Assembly (NCBI GenBank): GCA_965235115.1
Contig: OZ249445.1
Span: 11,780,001 to 11,844,000, forward strand
DNA length: 64,000 bases
Direction of reading: 5' to 3'
Origin: Laetmonice hystrix
Taxonomy: Eukaryota
Shown here: piece by piece, positions 50,001-64,000 of the stretch
How the letters are laid out: each line of letters starts with the position of its first letter
How positions within the stretch are numbered: the first letter of the stretch is position 1
Position numbers and translations under genes: made by a program
The notes under the pieces: model-generated
What the model saw: only the letters and a program-made list of their open reading frames with translations
Databases searched by the model: none
Told to the model about the DNA's origin: nothing

Positions 50001-53000
50001 TAATAAAGCAATGCTGTGGCCCTTCTCAGGAGAAAAAATGCATCCCAATGACCTTCAATATCTGTTCAACACCATATCGGATGCTCGAGTCATGTTATAA
50101 CAAATCAAACAGAATCTTGTATTTGATTTTTTTTAATCGACGATAGTTTAGCTTCCTTTATAACTATTATCTGGTTTGCTCTCCTTTTTCCTTCTGTCTC
50201 CTTTCTAAATTCTTCGGTGTGTTCTCACGTTAAGAGACGGTTGGGAAATTAAAGAGGCGTATCCCAATGGTTGAGTTGGCATGAGACGTTTAATAAGCCA
50301 ATAGTTATCTATAGAAGAAGTCACCCATTTAGAGAACGGACTTCCTATATCCCAAGGCTTGGGTGTGAGGGACAGTTGGGTTTGTGTGAACTTAGAATGG
50401 ACAGAAAGAAACTAAGAGAGAGGTACGAAAGAGAGGCGTCTCCCTAAATCCATATGTGTGGTCCCGCGTCAACGCTCTCTTTGTCTTCGACCACACCCCT
50501 CATTTCTGAAATAGTTTCAATTGACGGTTTTTATACCGATCTTCAATGGACGACAACCACGCGGTATTTACCAGCTTTTGTCTTCACCCGTCTCGAGGCA
50601 TTGGTGGTGCGATTTGACGATGATAATTAGAGGCCTACAAATGGTCTCCCCGGGGCGGCGTGGTCATAATTAAAACCACGGCCCCGTTTTGATCAGCGCT
50701 GAAGACAAGGGAACCTGAGGTTTCACAGAGAATCGTCCTTCCGTCTGACGACAGAGATCAGTGACGTACCCCGCGGTTTCCCAAACAACCGCATCATTTG
50801 TGGTAGTTTCACATTCTGCTCTACAATACTGACTGCAAGCCGACCGGACCTGACTGAGCATGCCGCTCGAGGTGGTGGTGCATGGCCAGCTCGCCGGCTC
50901 ATTAGGACAGGCGCTAAACGGCGCTCATCTCTCCGCTTGGAGGGATGATTAAAATCCGTTGGCCCTGCGGCTTCTTCGTCTGTCCGCTCAAGTGTCGCTC
51001 CTTACGAAGGTCTGAGGCTGAAAGAATAGGTTGCGTAAAGGAATAATGACTGCGAGTTGCTCCTCAAGGTTCATTTGTAAATGCCGCCGCGCTTTGTCCT
51101 CAGAAACATATGGTCGTCGCCTTCTGATCATAGCGAGTGGCGGCTTTCTCGCTGGAGTGCGTGTGGTCAGTGGGGAGAAAAGAGTCAAATGTAGAGTCTT
51201 CATACAGCCCCTAGGGAAATATATACTTTCTTCCTTATATATGAAGGAATTTGTGGGAGCTATAGTCATGGACTTGTGAAGGACATTACTTACATGCCAT
51301 TCAGAGAAGATGCGTCCATGATGCCTCCGAAATAGGATAACGTTTAAATCTTTTATATATCCTAAAATAATGAGACGTTACAGCTATAGGAAATGACCAT
51401 TTCCGATTTAAAGAAAACGTGTTGATTGTTTCAAGAATTCTTTCTAGCCTGTAGAGTTGCATCGTATTTGCCGACTTTGCGGCACGAAGCGGAAGTACGA
51501 CACAGGTTTCAGAGTGATTGAGTGCAGAGAGAAATTCGGTTCCGCAGTTCCCAACCAAACATTATTCAGGTAGGCTACAGTTGAGCAGTTCGGTTTGGAA
51601 GAAGGCCTATAAAGACGCATGTGCTGGTACCCGGTATAGGCTGGCTCCGCGTGCGTGCATGTCGGGCCCTGGCCTCAGACAGAGAACGCATGCCATACAC
51701 CCTCCTGCATCCCTGGTAAAACTTGGACCCGCTCCTATCGTACTGAGCGATCCTCAAAACGTCTGTCACAAAAAAGGGGTCTCCATCTCCGGTGGCGTGG
51801 TGTTTGGGAGAGATCCAAGTTAATGAAGGCGGCGATCGAAGGAAAGGGCCGCGCTGACTGCTCAACCGCCTGAAATTATCGCCTTGTCTGCGGCAGCCTC
51901 CAGCTACAGCGGACCGGTCGATCGCCTTGCTGCTCCCCACCTGAACCAAGTGGCGCCCAACCGAGAAATTTCTAGGCATATCCCTGGAATTCCTGGGGCC
52001 CTCAAAGAGCGCATGCATCACACGCCTAATTAAAGTACGCGGTGTTAATTAGACTCACGGTCGACATACTTGCTCAATCGATAGCGTATGGAGATGATCT
52101 TTAGGTGTTCGGGCGCAACGAAAAGAGCACATGTTAAGAAGGGTGCATTAGTCCTGTCGGCCAATGCCTTTTATTTACGCACTCATTTCCTCAATATTGG
52201 CGACCAAAGTCTTTGAGGACTTTGGTCCGGACACGGGCCAATTAACCGCCTGCATAGATTATTTCCCTTTGTACATTTCTTTCTGTGACAATGTTCTCCA
52301 AGTGTTATTTGTGTAGTTATTTTTGTTGCGCGCTTGCCCGCCCGATGTCTTACGTGTCGGCGGCCAATGTTCACGCTGGGGCCGCCGTACACGGCCGAGC
52401 CAGAGTTAGCTACCGGATACAGCACCACCAGCCGTGTCTGGGCCAAGGTGCGCCCCCATGGCCCCGTGTATCGGAGCGGTGGGCCGTCAACACCTCCCCG
52501 CAAGGGACGCGCTGCCCGCTTCAACAGGGATGAAATTGGACGTAACAAACCACATTGCCGTTTTATTCAAGACATTATCCATATGGGCAACTAATGAAAT
52601 CAAACGTAACAAATAAAATCACAGCAACCTCAATAGGGGGATGACCCAAACAGAAAAGCGGGCTATATAGGTTGTTGGTAGGCGTATTACTTACCGATTA
52701 TCGAGGAAGGTGCTTGGTTGATGTGATCGCTCTGCTTGCCCTGCCAATTGTAACAGAGTAAGTTAACCAAATGTTGCGTTTAATTCTGCGGTCTTAGACT
52801 GTCTTCACGAGTCAATTAACTACACACTTGAATAAGATTCTTGCTTGCCTTAACAGCTTCCTCGATTAAACACACTATTCATTATATTTGCTCACTCGAA
52901 TAAGTGTTATTTGACACAGTATTTTAGGGGAAGAGTGAACAGTGTTAATCATTTGTTTCGGTATAAATAATTGTTTCCTCATACAAAAAATAAAGAACAT

Positions 53001-53734
53001 ATTTATTTGCTGGCTTCTATTCTGTCGTAAAAGGCAAAAAATACACATAGAATACATAGGCCTATGTGTAGTAAAACCTGTTTCACAGAGTAAAGCCAGA
53101 CCAAGGGACCAACCCAAGATACACGACCTTGTATACATGGTGAATCCTTTCACTGGGTCTCATTACACTTTTATTCGGATTCACTTTTAATTTATGGGTG
53201 CTATGGGGTCTCTATAGAACAAAGGTCCAAACTCAACCCCGTCCTCATTAGCATAATATTCGTGACGTTTGCTCGCTAGCAGACGACTCATACCAGATTC
53301 TGAGCGCCTTTTCCGTGCGCCTCATCTCTAATAACGCTAGCCAGTGGTCGACATCAAATGGCAGACGACTTTCATGAATACTACGGGACCACGCCTTGAA
53401 TGCCGACCCAAGGCCGACCTTGGCATAATATTGATACGAGCACGCAGCTTTTGCATGCAACGTTCTCTCATTTTGTAATTAGTTCTCGTTAGAAGGCCTT
53501 ACCTACACATTGATCCCATCAGAGTAAGCCTCCCCTCCATACTGATAACTCCTCTATTCCACCACAGCCTGCGTGGTTCAAAGCCTGATTGAGAATCGGA
53601 TCATTGCAGGCCAGCAGACATCTGCCAACCAGTCCTGGATCTGACCCCCTTTAATAGCTTCCCTCTACATCATCTTTTCAATCCTGCAGGAACACAGCAC
53701 TTGCTGACCACCCAATAATATACTATATACTATA

Positions 53735-53901
53735 CAGTGGCACAAGCTGGGGGCAGAGGGGGCTCCCCCCCCCCTATTGAAAATCAAACCCCAAACACCA
53801 CCGCCGCCGTCGGCCTAAGATTAAGTCATTGTGACGTCATTCGTAGAGAATTCTGCCCCCCCCCCCTCCCCCGCCATATTCTTTTCCTTCCTACACCTCT
53901 G
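53735..53901. mobile_element. Short MITE-like non-autonomous element
   Basis: Starts tata|CAGTGGCACAAG followed by GGGGGCAGAGGGGGCTCCCCCCCCC and ends with CCTACACCTCTG|gtata. These are imperfect terminal inverted repeats (CAGTGGCACAAG vs CAGAGGTGTAGG) in a TA-rich context. Confidence 0.45.
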
Positions 53902-55380
53902 GTATATGACTCTTGACACACACGAGGTATACTAGTATACTAATTTAGAGACATACTCCTATACATCTCGAGATTACGAAGCGGAGAATAACATTCTTAA
54001 TTATGATTGCCAATTACTGGAGATTGTGTGCTGGAACAGTGCCCATCACGGAACAACAGATATGGTCGGAGAGCAACTCCATAATTCCACATGAGTGCAA
54101 TATATTGTTAATCCTCTGCAGCGGTCCATAGCCATCTATGACGGGCTCTATGTTTAAATATATACTAAATAGTGTACGACGCCATATTCAGTATATCGAA
54201 AATCAGGAACGATCATCTGTTATGTATCGTATAATTATAATGTCTAGTCATTACACTATGAACTGCATTACTTGCTACGGTATGGAAATGCTTCATGCTT
54301 TTTATGTATAAATCAGGATTTGACATATACTTATGGTTGGATATTTGTAACTAGGTAACTTAAAACTCCAGAGACAACATCGTATTCTCAATGAGTTGAC
54401 CTATACTCTGACGGTTGTTGGTATAATTCTATATCAATATGTTGATAAATTAATCAAGTCGCCGAGGTCAGATTTGTAAACTTTACTCACACTTCCATAG
54501 TCTCACACAATTACCTAGCAGTAATTCTCCCTATAGCAATGAACCTCTACACGGTACACCCCTGATTATAGTCTCACAGGGTGGCGCCACTGTGTCTCGA
54601 CTGCTGTCTGACCACTTCCGGTGGACACAACGGAAGACCGACTGTCCGCCCGCCATGAATTTGACAACGTTTGTTTTTGGAGCCATGTCTTTGAACACAC
54701 ATTATGTGTGCCTGATGGCTTCCAAATATGTTTATGAGCTCAGCAAGATGTAGCTTGCAGCAAAGAGCGGCATCTGGTTCTCCGTGTTCACTTGATAAAA
54801 CGGCAATGGTCAGATTAGGCATTAAAACTCCTAGCGGCGTAGGGATATAAGCACTCGTCTATATCGGGCGTGTGCCACAAACACATCCAAATATTGGCAC
54901 CAACCCGAGCGGCAACCGTCTGTCATCTCCTTTATGGCTGGCCGCCCAGGTTGGCAACTTGGCAACTGACAACAGTTTTTTGTTATTTTCTGGTTTGTTT
55001 AAACCGTATAGCCACGATAAAAGTTTATAAAAACCCTTTGTGAGCGGCAAACGTTGCCTCGATTATTCATTTGTAAGCCTTTAGTATAAATACAATGAAA
55101 GCTTATAAGTGTACGGGTCGATGTATTATTATGCAAATATATAACTCTTCTTCAACAATACCAAAACTGGACTTCATCTTAAGTTGTAGGCCTAGTGTCT
55201 TGGGTAAGTATCTTTATTGGTTTTATATACAACTAATGCATGTTTGCATAAAGATTTCATTTAATGACAGCTTTAGTTTAATGTCGCCAGTGTGTTATAA
55301 ATACTTCTAACTCCAATCAGAGGTAGAGAACCGGAAACCCTGAGGCAGCGTTCTAATACCGGCTTTTCATGACAGATTCA

Positions 55381-55455
55381 GTGTTTCATTAACCAATTGT
55401 ATTCCGTGTCTCATCAACCAATTGTATTCCGTGTTTCATCGATCAATTGTATTTT
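55381..55455. repeat. 25-bp minisatellite, 3 copies
   Basis: GTGTTTCATTAACCAATTGTATTCC / GTGTCTCATCAACCAATTGTATTCC / GTGTTTCATCGATCAATTGTATTTT. Confidence 0.92.
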
Positions 55456-58400
55456 CCGCCTGGCGGAGTCAAGCGGCGACAGTTTAAAGAGTTGTTTTAG
55501 TTTCCGTACAGGAGGTCTGGGTGTTTACTCAATATAAACGTTCCTTTTTTCATTTCACCTGTCATGTATGTGAACATCTCCCTTTCTAGTTCAGACATGT
55601 AAAAGTAGCCCAAGGACAGCAGTTTATTAAAACGGAGGCAAAAATTGAACCCGTTCCAAAGTAGACATCCTAAAAATATACCTGTGTGATACTTATCTAG
55701 TCAATGACACCACTAGTTACCTCATTTTGTGTCGATTTCATACTAAAAACTGCAGACACGATCACCTCCTATTGAAAAAGACGCTCGTATTTTTCCCTAA
55801 TGTTGACATCTTCGTGCTGGGACGATGATTGGAGCACGAGAACCCATAGCTCGATCTGATGTCGATCTGATTTTCGTGTACACGTTCGCTAATACTACGA
55901 ATTTAATCCTATAAACATGGGATCTTATCTACAGCAAGTTTGCTAGCAGTCAGACGGTTATTTCATTGGTAGGGGCATTATTATTTTGTTACGTATTATT
56001 TTACCTCCGCTTTTAAAAGACTAGAATATATGTGACGATTTTTGATTTTGAAATTTCCTCAAAAAACGCAAAAATCCGCTTATGAGCGCACGCGACTAAA
56101 AGTGCGTCAATACAGTATGGGTCTTATACTTCGCTATAACAATAACCCAATGCATCTGACTGTCGCGAGTACATTATTTGGATGACACTAGACGAAGGCG
56201 TTTTATGAGGCTGTAAAATGAGACTCGAGTGGTTTCAATGGCACATCTCTCTTTCTATAACTTTTTATAAACAGTTTTTATGACGTTGAATCATCTTCTA
56301 TCTCTCCCCCCCTTCCTATATGGAGCAAACTAATACACGTTGACATTTCAGGTAGAGCACTCCGACAGGTATCTGTTACCGAGGACACCATACAAGTGAC
56401 ATTAGGGAATGAGTGTGTTGATTTTCCAGGACTTTGGTCACCTGTCGTGATGTTAGCGTGACAGTGAGCACCTCCTGTAGTGTCGCCGAGGTTTGCAGCA
56501 CTAAGATCCTCACCTTGAGGTAGTAATCCCTTTAATCTGGCCCACCCTCAGGTCAACATGTAGTCAGTTTACATGATCGAGGTTAACCATGTGTCACCGA
56601 CCACGGGCCGGGCCCTGAGAGTGCCACATTAGGCGTTAAGAAGACACCCATTTACTCACACACAAGGAGCCCGGCCAGAACTCACTGGGACCTGATGACC
56701 GATTGTTAGCGCCGTGCCTGGGTCGTCTTAGTAATTATGAATGCCTGATACAGGTATTCAGGTGGAGACCACATTATTGCTTACCGGTGAGAGCACCTTT
56801 GATCGTGTACCGCCGGCAAGATTTCACCTCACGAAGGCTGAGCTGTACTAGCATACCTGTGAAAGCCATTAAACTTCCTCTATAGTATAAGTTTCTCTGA
56901 CAACATGCCAAATATACCGGATAAGTATACGAGTAAGCCATCGAGGAGCTTTCCTTTGCCCTTCTGCGCATGTGTCCTCATTGCTCGAGTACTCGTAAGC
57001 CTGTTTATGTGACGTAGTTGAGAAGACCCTATATACCCTTCTGTCAGTATACGGTATCACCTGGTTTCACTTAATTGTTGTGTTTTACCATTAGGGCGTA
57101 GATAAATTATAGAAGGTACGTCTGAACACCTTGAATGGGTAGACCAATCTTCTGGCCACGGCTCGTGTGCTGTGGATGGAGGATGGAGTAATAATTGGAA
57201 CATGTCAATAGTCCAAATATAATCAGACTTTATGTGTAATACAAATCACACTATTATACTCGGGTAACATAAACAAACATGACATAGGAGAGCAAAGCGA
57301 AAAAAGCTAGATCCTAGAGACATATGATAACTTATCTGATAATTCTAGCAAAGCTCTATATATTATTATGCAAAGAGCCGGTACTATTTTTTCCGACCAG
57401 GCTCGTTTTTGAGAGTGTGAGACTTGGAATGATGTCAGTGAGGAGATGAATTCGTTATATCGGGTAATCAACTAAGTAAATAACCGGCGGGGAGTGAGGG
57501 CCACAACGACAGACAACATTTGGCAGGTGGCAGGAGGCCATGTATCCTCTCTCGGTCTGGTATCACGAGTACAATGGCCCGCCGACTGACACCTGCTGCT
57601 GCTGATGCTCTCCCAAATACTGCTACTATTTAACACTTTCGTGACGTTATACCGACAGTTACGGGTGTTTCCCTTTCGTATATCGAGTCACCATTTGGTG
57701 TATGTCCGTCCTGAAACTCCCTTTTCATATTTGGACATTTGACAAACTCAGTTTACCTATCTGCATGCACATATTTCAGGGTGCTCGATTTCGGCATAAG
57801 AGTTAAATTACATCATTATCTGCCGTGCCGTTATCTCGAGGTCAAATCTCGAGCACTTAAGTCACGTATTTATATCTACCCTGCTACATCACTCTTATTT
57901 GGACTTTCAGGGTCCTATTTTACCGGTCGACCAAAATAGCAATGTAAACAACGATGATCTGTGCAGCAAAGGATTCGACCAGCGGGACCTCGTAATTACG
58001 CCCACACCAAACCGTCCTCGCTTTTACAATCGTTCGCTCGCCAAATGTCTGTCACTGTCTGTCCCATTATCAACGACCGCAGTTAGCAAAAACAACAAAT
58101 AATTTCACCAGCACCAACAGTGGTTAGGAGACAAAGACTTAATTTCTGGATGTTGACAGTGAGTATTAACGAGGGAGCAGTAAATTGTGACTGGGTCGTG
58201 TTTTTGTTGGGTATTTGGAGCGCTTTCTGCGAGATGGCGATCTTCTGACCATCTGCTCCAGATGCAAAGCGACAGGAGCAAGTTCCAACCGTTTATCGTT
58301 CATTCATTTCTAGACAGGAGTAAAGTCTCCTTTTGAACACCTTCACACCTGGCTCTACCACCGGCAAACACCTATACCGTAAATAATCTTTGAGAGATTA

Positions 58401-61400
58401 GTTCAATTCATGACGCTGGAATAACGACCGGTTTGGGTATCAGGAGACTCTCGAAATTGTTGATTCCGAGTATCGCATGAGAAAAGATGTATAATCGATC
58501 TAGTTTATTAGAAATTCTTATTCCCAAAAGGCAGACGAAGGTTCAGCCGTAGAATGGGGAAAATCAGATATTTAAAAACTTTTCAAACACGTATCTCGTG
58601 ATTCTGAAAATAGGCTATATACATTCCTGGGAATTCTCTATGTTTTGCTTGTCGTTATGAACGACCAAAAGAACCACACATCAGATTGGATCCTTCCATG
58701 ACCAGAGAAGAATTGAAGGCAAACACGGGTGGTGGAGCTCTTCGTTTTTCAGGTCCATGGAGATTGGGCACATATAAATCAGACGACAGCAACAGAAACC
58801 AAAGTGTCGCCATTCAACAATAGCGGGCCCTAAACAAACATATCCCACGTAAAAATATTGATGTTTATTTTACAAACCGGGCCTAGTATAGGATTCCAGA
58901 CTGGGCCTATGGGCTGACTGCGACACGAGCAGGCCTTCAAATAACGTCCAAAATCGGTTCGTTATAACACCCCGTCCTATTCAGTCATGCAAAGCACGTG
59001 GCAAACGGGTGGCAAAACTGACGACACATAGACGGTCAAATCAGCCCTGGCGTGGAAAAGAACGCACTTAAAACACTCATTCTCTATTCGTCGACAGTTT
59101 GAGTGTCGGCGACACCAGAACTATCATAACACTTCATAAGGCCTTTTTTACAAGTAAAAGTAGTCCTTGTCATTATAAATACGCCGTTTGATGTGTCTAC
59201 AAAAGGCCGACTATAGCGTTGACATCTGGCAGGTTTCCTTTTCTAATGGTTTCGGGAAGAACGAGTGAAGTCGGCATCACCACAGCCGTTCAGACTTGCC
59301 GGCAGAGATCGGTTTCGTTTGAACACTACTTAGACATCTCCTACAAACAGGCACGTCTTATGAAGCATGACGTCCTAAGGAGTCTCCTTAATGTAGAAGC
59401 ACATTCTACATAATCTTATTTAACGCTGCAGTAGGGGTAAAGCACGCCAGAACCCATATCGTCTTTTATTGCGATTCCACATTTCTTTGTCTTTGTTATG
59501 CAAGAGTGATTGGCTTGACTGCTTTGTTCTCTTATTTCACGTGGATTGAACCTTGAAGTTATGTTGGTGTCGATGGGGCTTCCTACACCACTGTTCTCCC
59601 GATAATAGCAGTCCCCGCTTTGACAAGACGCTCATCATCTTGACAGTGGGTGAATGCCGCCACATGAATGTATGCTGTGATATATTACAAATACATGTCT
59701 ATACGCCATACATACGGATACTTTGGCACAGAAACACAGTAAAAGTATGACTCCAAAAAAAGAAAAGAAACCAACTAATAAAATAGTATGATGGGTATGT
59801 ATGATTGTAGGGGCACTTTCAACATAGCCATCTTTTTTTAACGACAGGAAATTATCACATTATCTATGCCTCCATATACCAATTAGTATCCATCACTGCT
59901 CAAGTATCCGATGGTGGAGTAGGTGTTCTCACGTTGTCAGTTCCTGCAGGAACGACAACAATCCTAGCCCCGGACCGATAGCCAGATCGTCATTGTTCTG
60001 TCACCTTGTATCGTCCGAGACAACAGGAAGCGACAGATTATCCGTCAAGTCGATATAATCGGGCTCACCGGAGGCGCTATGTTACCGAGGTCTCGCGGCC
60101 GTCAGGCAAGGCCCTCACCCGGTGGCCACCACCGTCACTGCCCCACGGCCGTCGACACCCTACCCGGCCCTTTGACAAACTGCTACACCCATCACCCTGT
60201 CAGTTTCTGTGCGGCTCAAGTTTCCCTACACCATTATTCCTATAGGCCGGAGTCGATAAATCCCATCAGAAAATAACCCTGGCTCCCTTGAGTGGAATTG
60301 AGGATGCCCTGGAGACAATAGGCAACTTTGACATGGCACCCGCAGCCATAACTACGGTGGGAAGCCACCCTGGTGTTGAGGGCCAGAGAATGGTATCTCT
60401 GAGGGAAGAGATGTATCTATCTCTTGTTACAAAAAACAAAACCGTCCATTGGTGGCAGCAGGAGGATGTAGGCCTACTCGAGAATTCCCTCTACCTTTCT
60501 CAAGAATTGGTCAAAGGATCGAGTAGTAGTCAACCTAATTAACTCCTCACTACCCTTACGCTTTTAGAGGAGATTCTTCCACTTTGAAATGATCTGTTTA
60601 CACCACCCCGTAGAAGAGTGATCTAGCCCTCCTGTATAGAACATTGACCTCAATATACCGAGACTTACACCAGAACGAACCTATGTTATCATCACTTACA
60701 CCATTCTCCTGCCCCAGTCTGTCATTGAACACAGGGTTCTTTCACACAGACCCTACTGTCTGTCATATTTGGCCTAAACATCCTATATGTAAAGTTGTCA
60801 TGCAACAACCACATTGATGGAGGACGAACAGAGACAGATATTGTCATGTTGAATTCAAGATTGGTTCAACTTCCGCTCCTCCCTCCGCATCCCATTTCTG
60901 TCCGCTCTAATTGTAAGTAGAGGGGCGGGTGTGGGGTGACGACACTGGTGTCACGTTACAACCAAGACACCCGTCTATCCACAGGGCCCATTCTAGCAGA
61001 CTACCCGTGAAGTCTAATCCGATTTAGATTTCAGGTAATCAAAGTTACCCCGACTGCTAACCTACAGGCATCTCGGTCCCTGCTGGGCTGAGAGCGCAAA
61101 TCCTGTTTGCTCAACACGGCTATCATTCCATCCTCCGCGACAGGAAAGTTCAACATTCTGCTTCCTCTGTCATGGCTGCCGTCCCCCGGGCCTACGTTAA
61201 AGATTAAAACGAGCAGGAGGAGGGCATCCGGAATTCTTGAAAAGGGCCGGGTTGAAAGAGAGAGTGGGCAAAACGGAGGGTTCAACCTCAGCCCAGTCAG
61301 CAAACTGAGCAAAGAAAGGGGAAAGTTCCTCTTAAGATGGAATTCAGACCCCTGGGACTTCTACCTGGATCCGACCATGATAAGCAGGCTACGCTGGACA

Positions 61401-64000
61401 TCCAGATCTGAAGCCATTCGCCCACAGTTACATGTACATATACAATAATTTTGTCTGAGAGCAATTAGTAGATGCGCCCAAGTCTCAGAGCTATGCATGG
61501 AAAGGCTTACATGTTCGAGTGGTTGACCTCAAAGACAGCTCCATTCAATTTCAAAATGGAAATATTAAAAGATAACGAACTAAGGCATCGTGGTTAAAGA
61601 ACTTAACGGTTTCCACCCCACAATTATTTGGGTGCAGCTCTTCATCAATATCAAATAGTCGCTCCTTTGTTACTGCTGCAGCAATGGAGTCAGTGGCCGT
61701 ATGATGTCCATTGCCACAGTAGCTAGGGTTGTCTCATTATCAGATAACACATGGTTGGTGTCTATTGTCATTGTATCACGCGAATATTACCGCTTGGTTT
61801 CCGTTATCATCGCCACCATGTCACATTTCTCATGTCCATCGTGTGACGCTGCCGTCCAAGAATGAACGTCGTGCGACCTGATGACGAGACATATAGCAGG
61901 TGCGGGGAGGGGGGGGGGGGGCTCCTCCTCAGGCTGATAAACTTATCTGTGTTTGTAATTAGAGTGTGAGTTCGACAGAACGTCACATGGTAATGAACGT
62001 TTTGAAAGGTTCACACAAAAGGTCGAGGTATGACAATTAAACGTGATTCTGGGGACTGTCATATTGCACGCAGTACACGCTCTCTCCAACACATCCACAT
62101 TTCCTTCCTGTCTTGGTGGATTGTAAGCGTTCAACTGACTCCAGCTTTACGTAGTTTATAGTTAAAAGACGTTGATAACGTATACTAAAGCATGTAATTA
62201 AAATAGATGGGTGTGTAGGGAAAATGGCAGCTGTAAAGTAGATGTTCCTTTTCTCAATTCTCTTATTATTCAAGTCGTGAAGAAAACGATTCTGGTACCA
62301 GCTCAGTTATGCTAACATCACAAGGACTTCGTCCAGAGATAAACTTAGTCAGCTTTCTCCATACTTATCGCCACCGACTGTGTTCATTTTGGCGGCTCCT
62401 GTAATTTCTAGGCATTTACTTCAGCTTGACTTAGCGGGCTTGAGAAAGTAACGACTTGGTTCCCGAGGCCATGCATGCGGCGCGTCCACTGGCGCCCAGC
62501 CAGCTCCACCGCGCACGCGCACTCCAATTACTCGTCATTTCTGCGCCGTGTCTCAGTGATAAGATGTTCCTCTTCCAGTGCGGCCTTTTGGTTTGGCCCT
62601 ATTTCACCCTCTTGCTGTTTCAGGGGAGTCCTCTGAGCCAGCTCTTTGATGGCCAGGGAGTCCATCCTCATCATCGATTGGCCACCGTCTTATTGGAAAC
62701 ACCATGCGTTGCGTAAAAGCGCGATACAAAATGACACACGTTGAAGTAAAATAACAGACATATATAACAGTACACGAGTACCAGTTAGCATGGTCCAGCG
62801 TAAACAGGTCTTATACGTGCATGCTATTGTTATGGCGACTAAGTTAGGCATGAAGCCCGATATGAAATGCCACAATCGCTTTTGTAGCACTTTAAACAAA
62901 CTGCCAAACGAACTGCAAATGAACTATTTCGAATACCATTTTAGGCATGCACCACATATGTTCGTTCAGCCTAGATACGGCTGAAAGAATTTGTTTAGAT
63001 GCATTTCAGAACAACATGAACTGAAGTTAACCCTTGAATGTGCTCCATCTGTGTCATTTGATGCGCTTTTAAACTTCCTGCTGAATCAGAAATTTTCTCG
63101 GGGTTTTTCATGTGTTCGTTTTAAGCACTCGTTCGTGCGCCAATGCCTTTGGATCATGAAAGAATGTCGTTCATTATAACAGAAAAGGTTCTGCTAATGA
63201 TTTAGCGAACAAGAGACCTATTTTCACACATCAAAGACGGTTAAATCCACGGATTTAATAACAAGGCATACAAAGCCGTCGGGCCACCTCACCATTAGCT
63301 CCCAGTTTCTGTCCCGTACCTAACTGACCCTATGGGCTGCCTTCAAGTGCCGACATTATGTGCAGTTTTCGCAGCCCCTTCATGTCGTCTGAGTAGGATT
63401 TAGTTCTCATTCAGCGGGTTCCGCGCATCATACGTAGAGTAAAAAAAGCGAGACGGCCACTCTTTAGGATACTTTTTTTTTCTCGGGACCAAGTAGCATT
63501 TGCCATCCTTTTCACTCTTGGTGGCGTGTATGAATACATCGCTGATTGCGCGCCGAAAATTGAAAGGCGTCGCGCAGATAAGTTCGTCTGCATGCACGAG
63601 ACGTCAGCAAACATTCTCGCCCCAATTTACGTCACGTTTTCCACAGTGGAAGACGATGGCTTACACTCGGTGAACAGGCGCTCACTGAAGTGTGTCTATT
63701 GGAGGGAAGAGGGGCAAAAACTATTCAAAGGGAAGTTGATTTGGACCATTCTGACATGATTCGTGTCTGCATGGCGCTTGCTGCCTGGCTGGAGACGTGG
63801 ATGCACACTGACCAATTGTGTGTTCCGGACCGGGACGACGGTCGGCCGTGCTCTGTAATGATATTGTTGGGGCCGTGCTGTGATCATCTCTCTACAGACA
63901 AGGCCAGGTTGGGGGCTGGCGTTATCTGAGGCACATTGTCTCTCAGTCTCTACCACCCGACCTACACACTCCGATGCACAGAGTTTTTTGAACGGGCCGG

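Noticed and set aside
55381-55455. CRISPR-like array
   Set aside because: Head-to-tail repeats without spacers in an intron-containing animal locus; an ordinary minisatellite.
63400-63956. ORFs at the window end as a neighbouring gene or transposase
   Set aside because: No domain recognisable and frames are interrupted; cannot be supported without a search.

Overview
Eukaryotic (animal) genomic DNA from a scaffold with one 145-N gap. The window is dominated by a single, apparently complete Pax6 (eyeless/toy-class) gene on the + strand. I can splice nine coding exons by hand: 12634-12646, 15918-16264, 28409-28655, 38123-38266, 39519-39601, 40785-40957, 41183-41286, 43363-43485 and 43978-44102. 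All introns are GT-AG with compatible phases. The CDS is 1359 nt and gives a 452-aa protein: MPDEG-HSG paired domain, [11 protein letters not shown] linker, S50 homeodomain, PST tail ending [15 protein letters not shown]...QYWPRIQ*. The linker and tail motifs look lophotrochozoan (mollusc/annelid/brachiopod-like); this is from memory and not searched. The start exon is the least certain part. No other protein-coding gene is recognisable, so the rest looks like a Pax6 regulatory landscape, plus a degenerate tRNA-Gln(CTG), a MITE-like element and small repeats. The most notable leads are: (1) several in-frame alternative splice-site arrangements, (2) three perfect CRE palindromes packed around the Pax6 stop codon, (3) candidate multiple promoters or first exons, (4) candidate Pax6 autoregulatory and Pbx-Hox sites, and (5) a steep GC3 drop along the gene. 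I see no firm evidence of an entirely new system; regulatory calls are motif-level hypotheses only.
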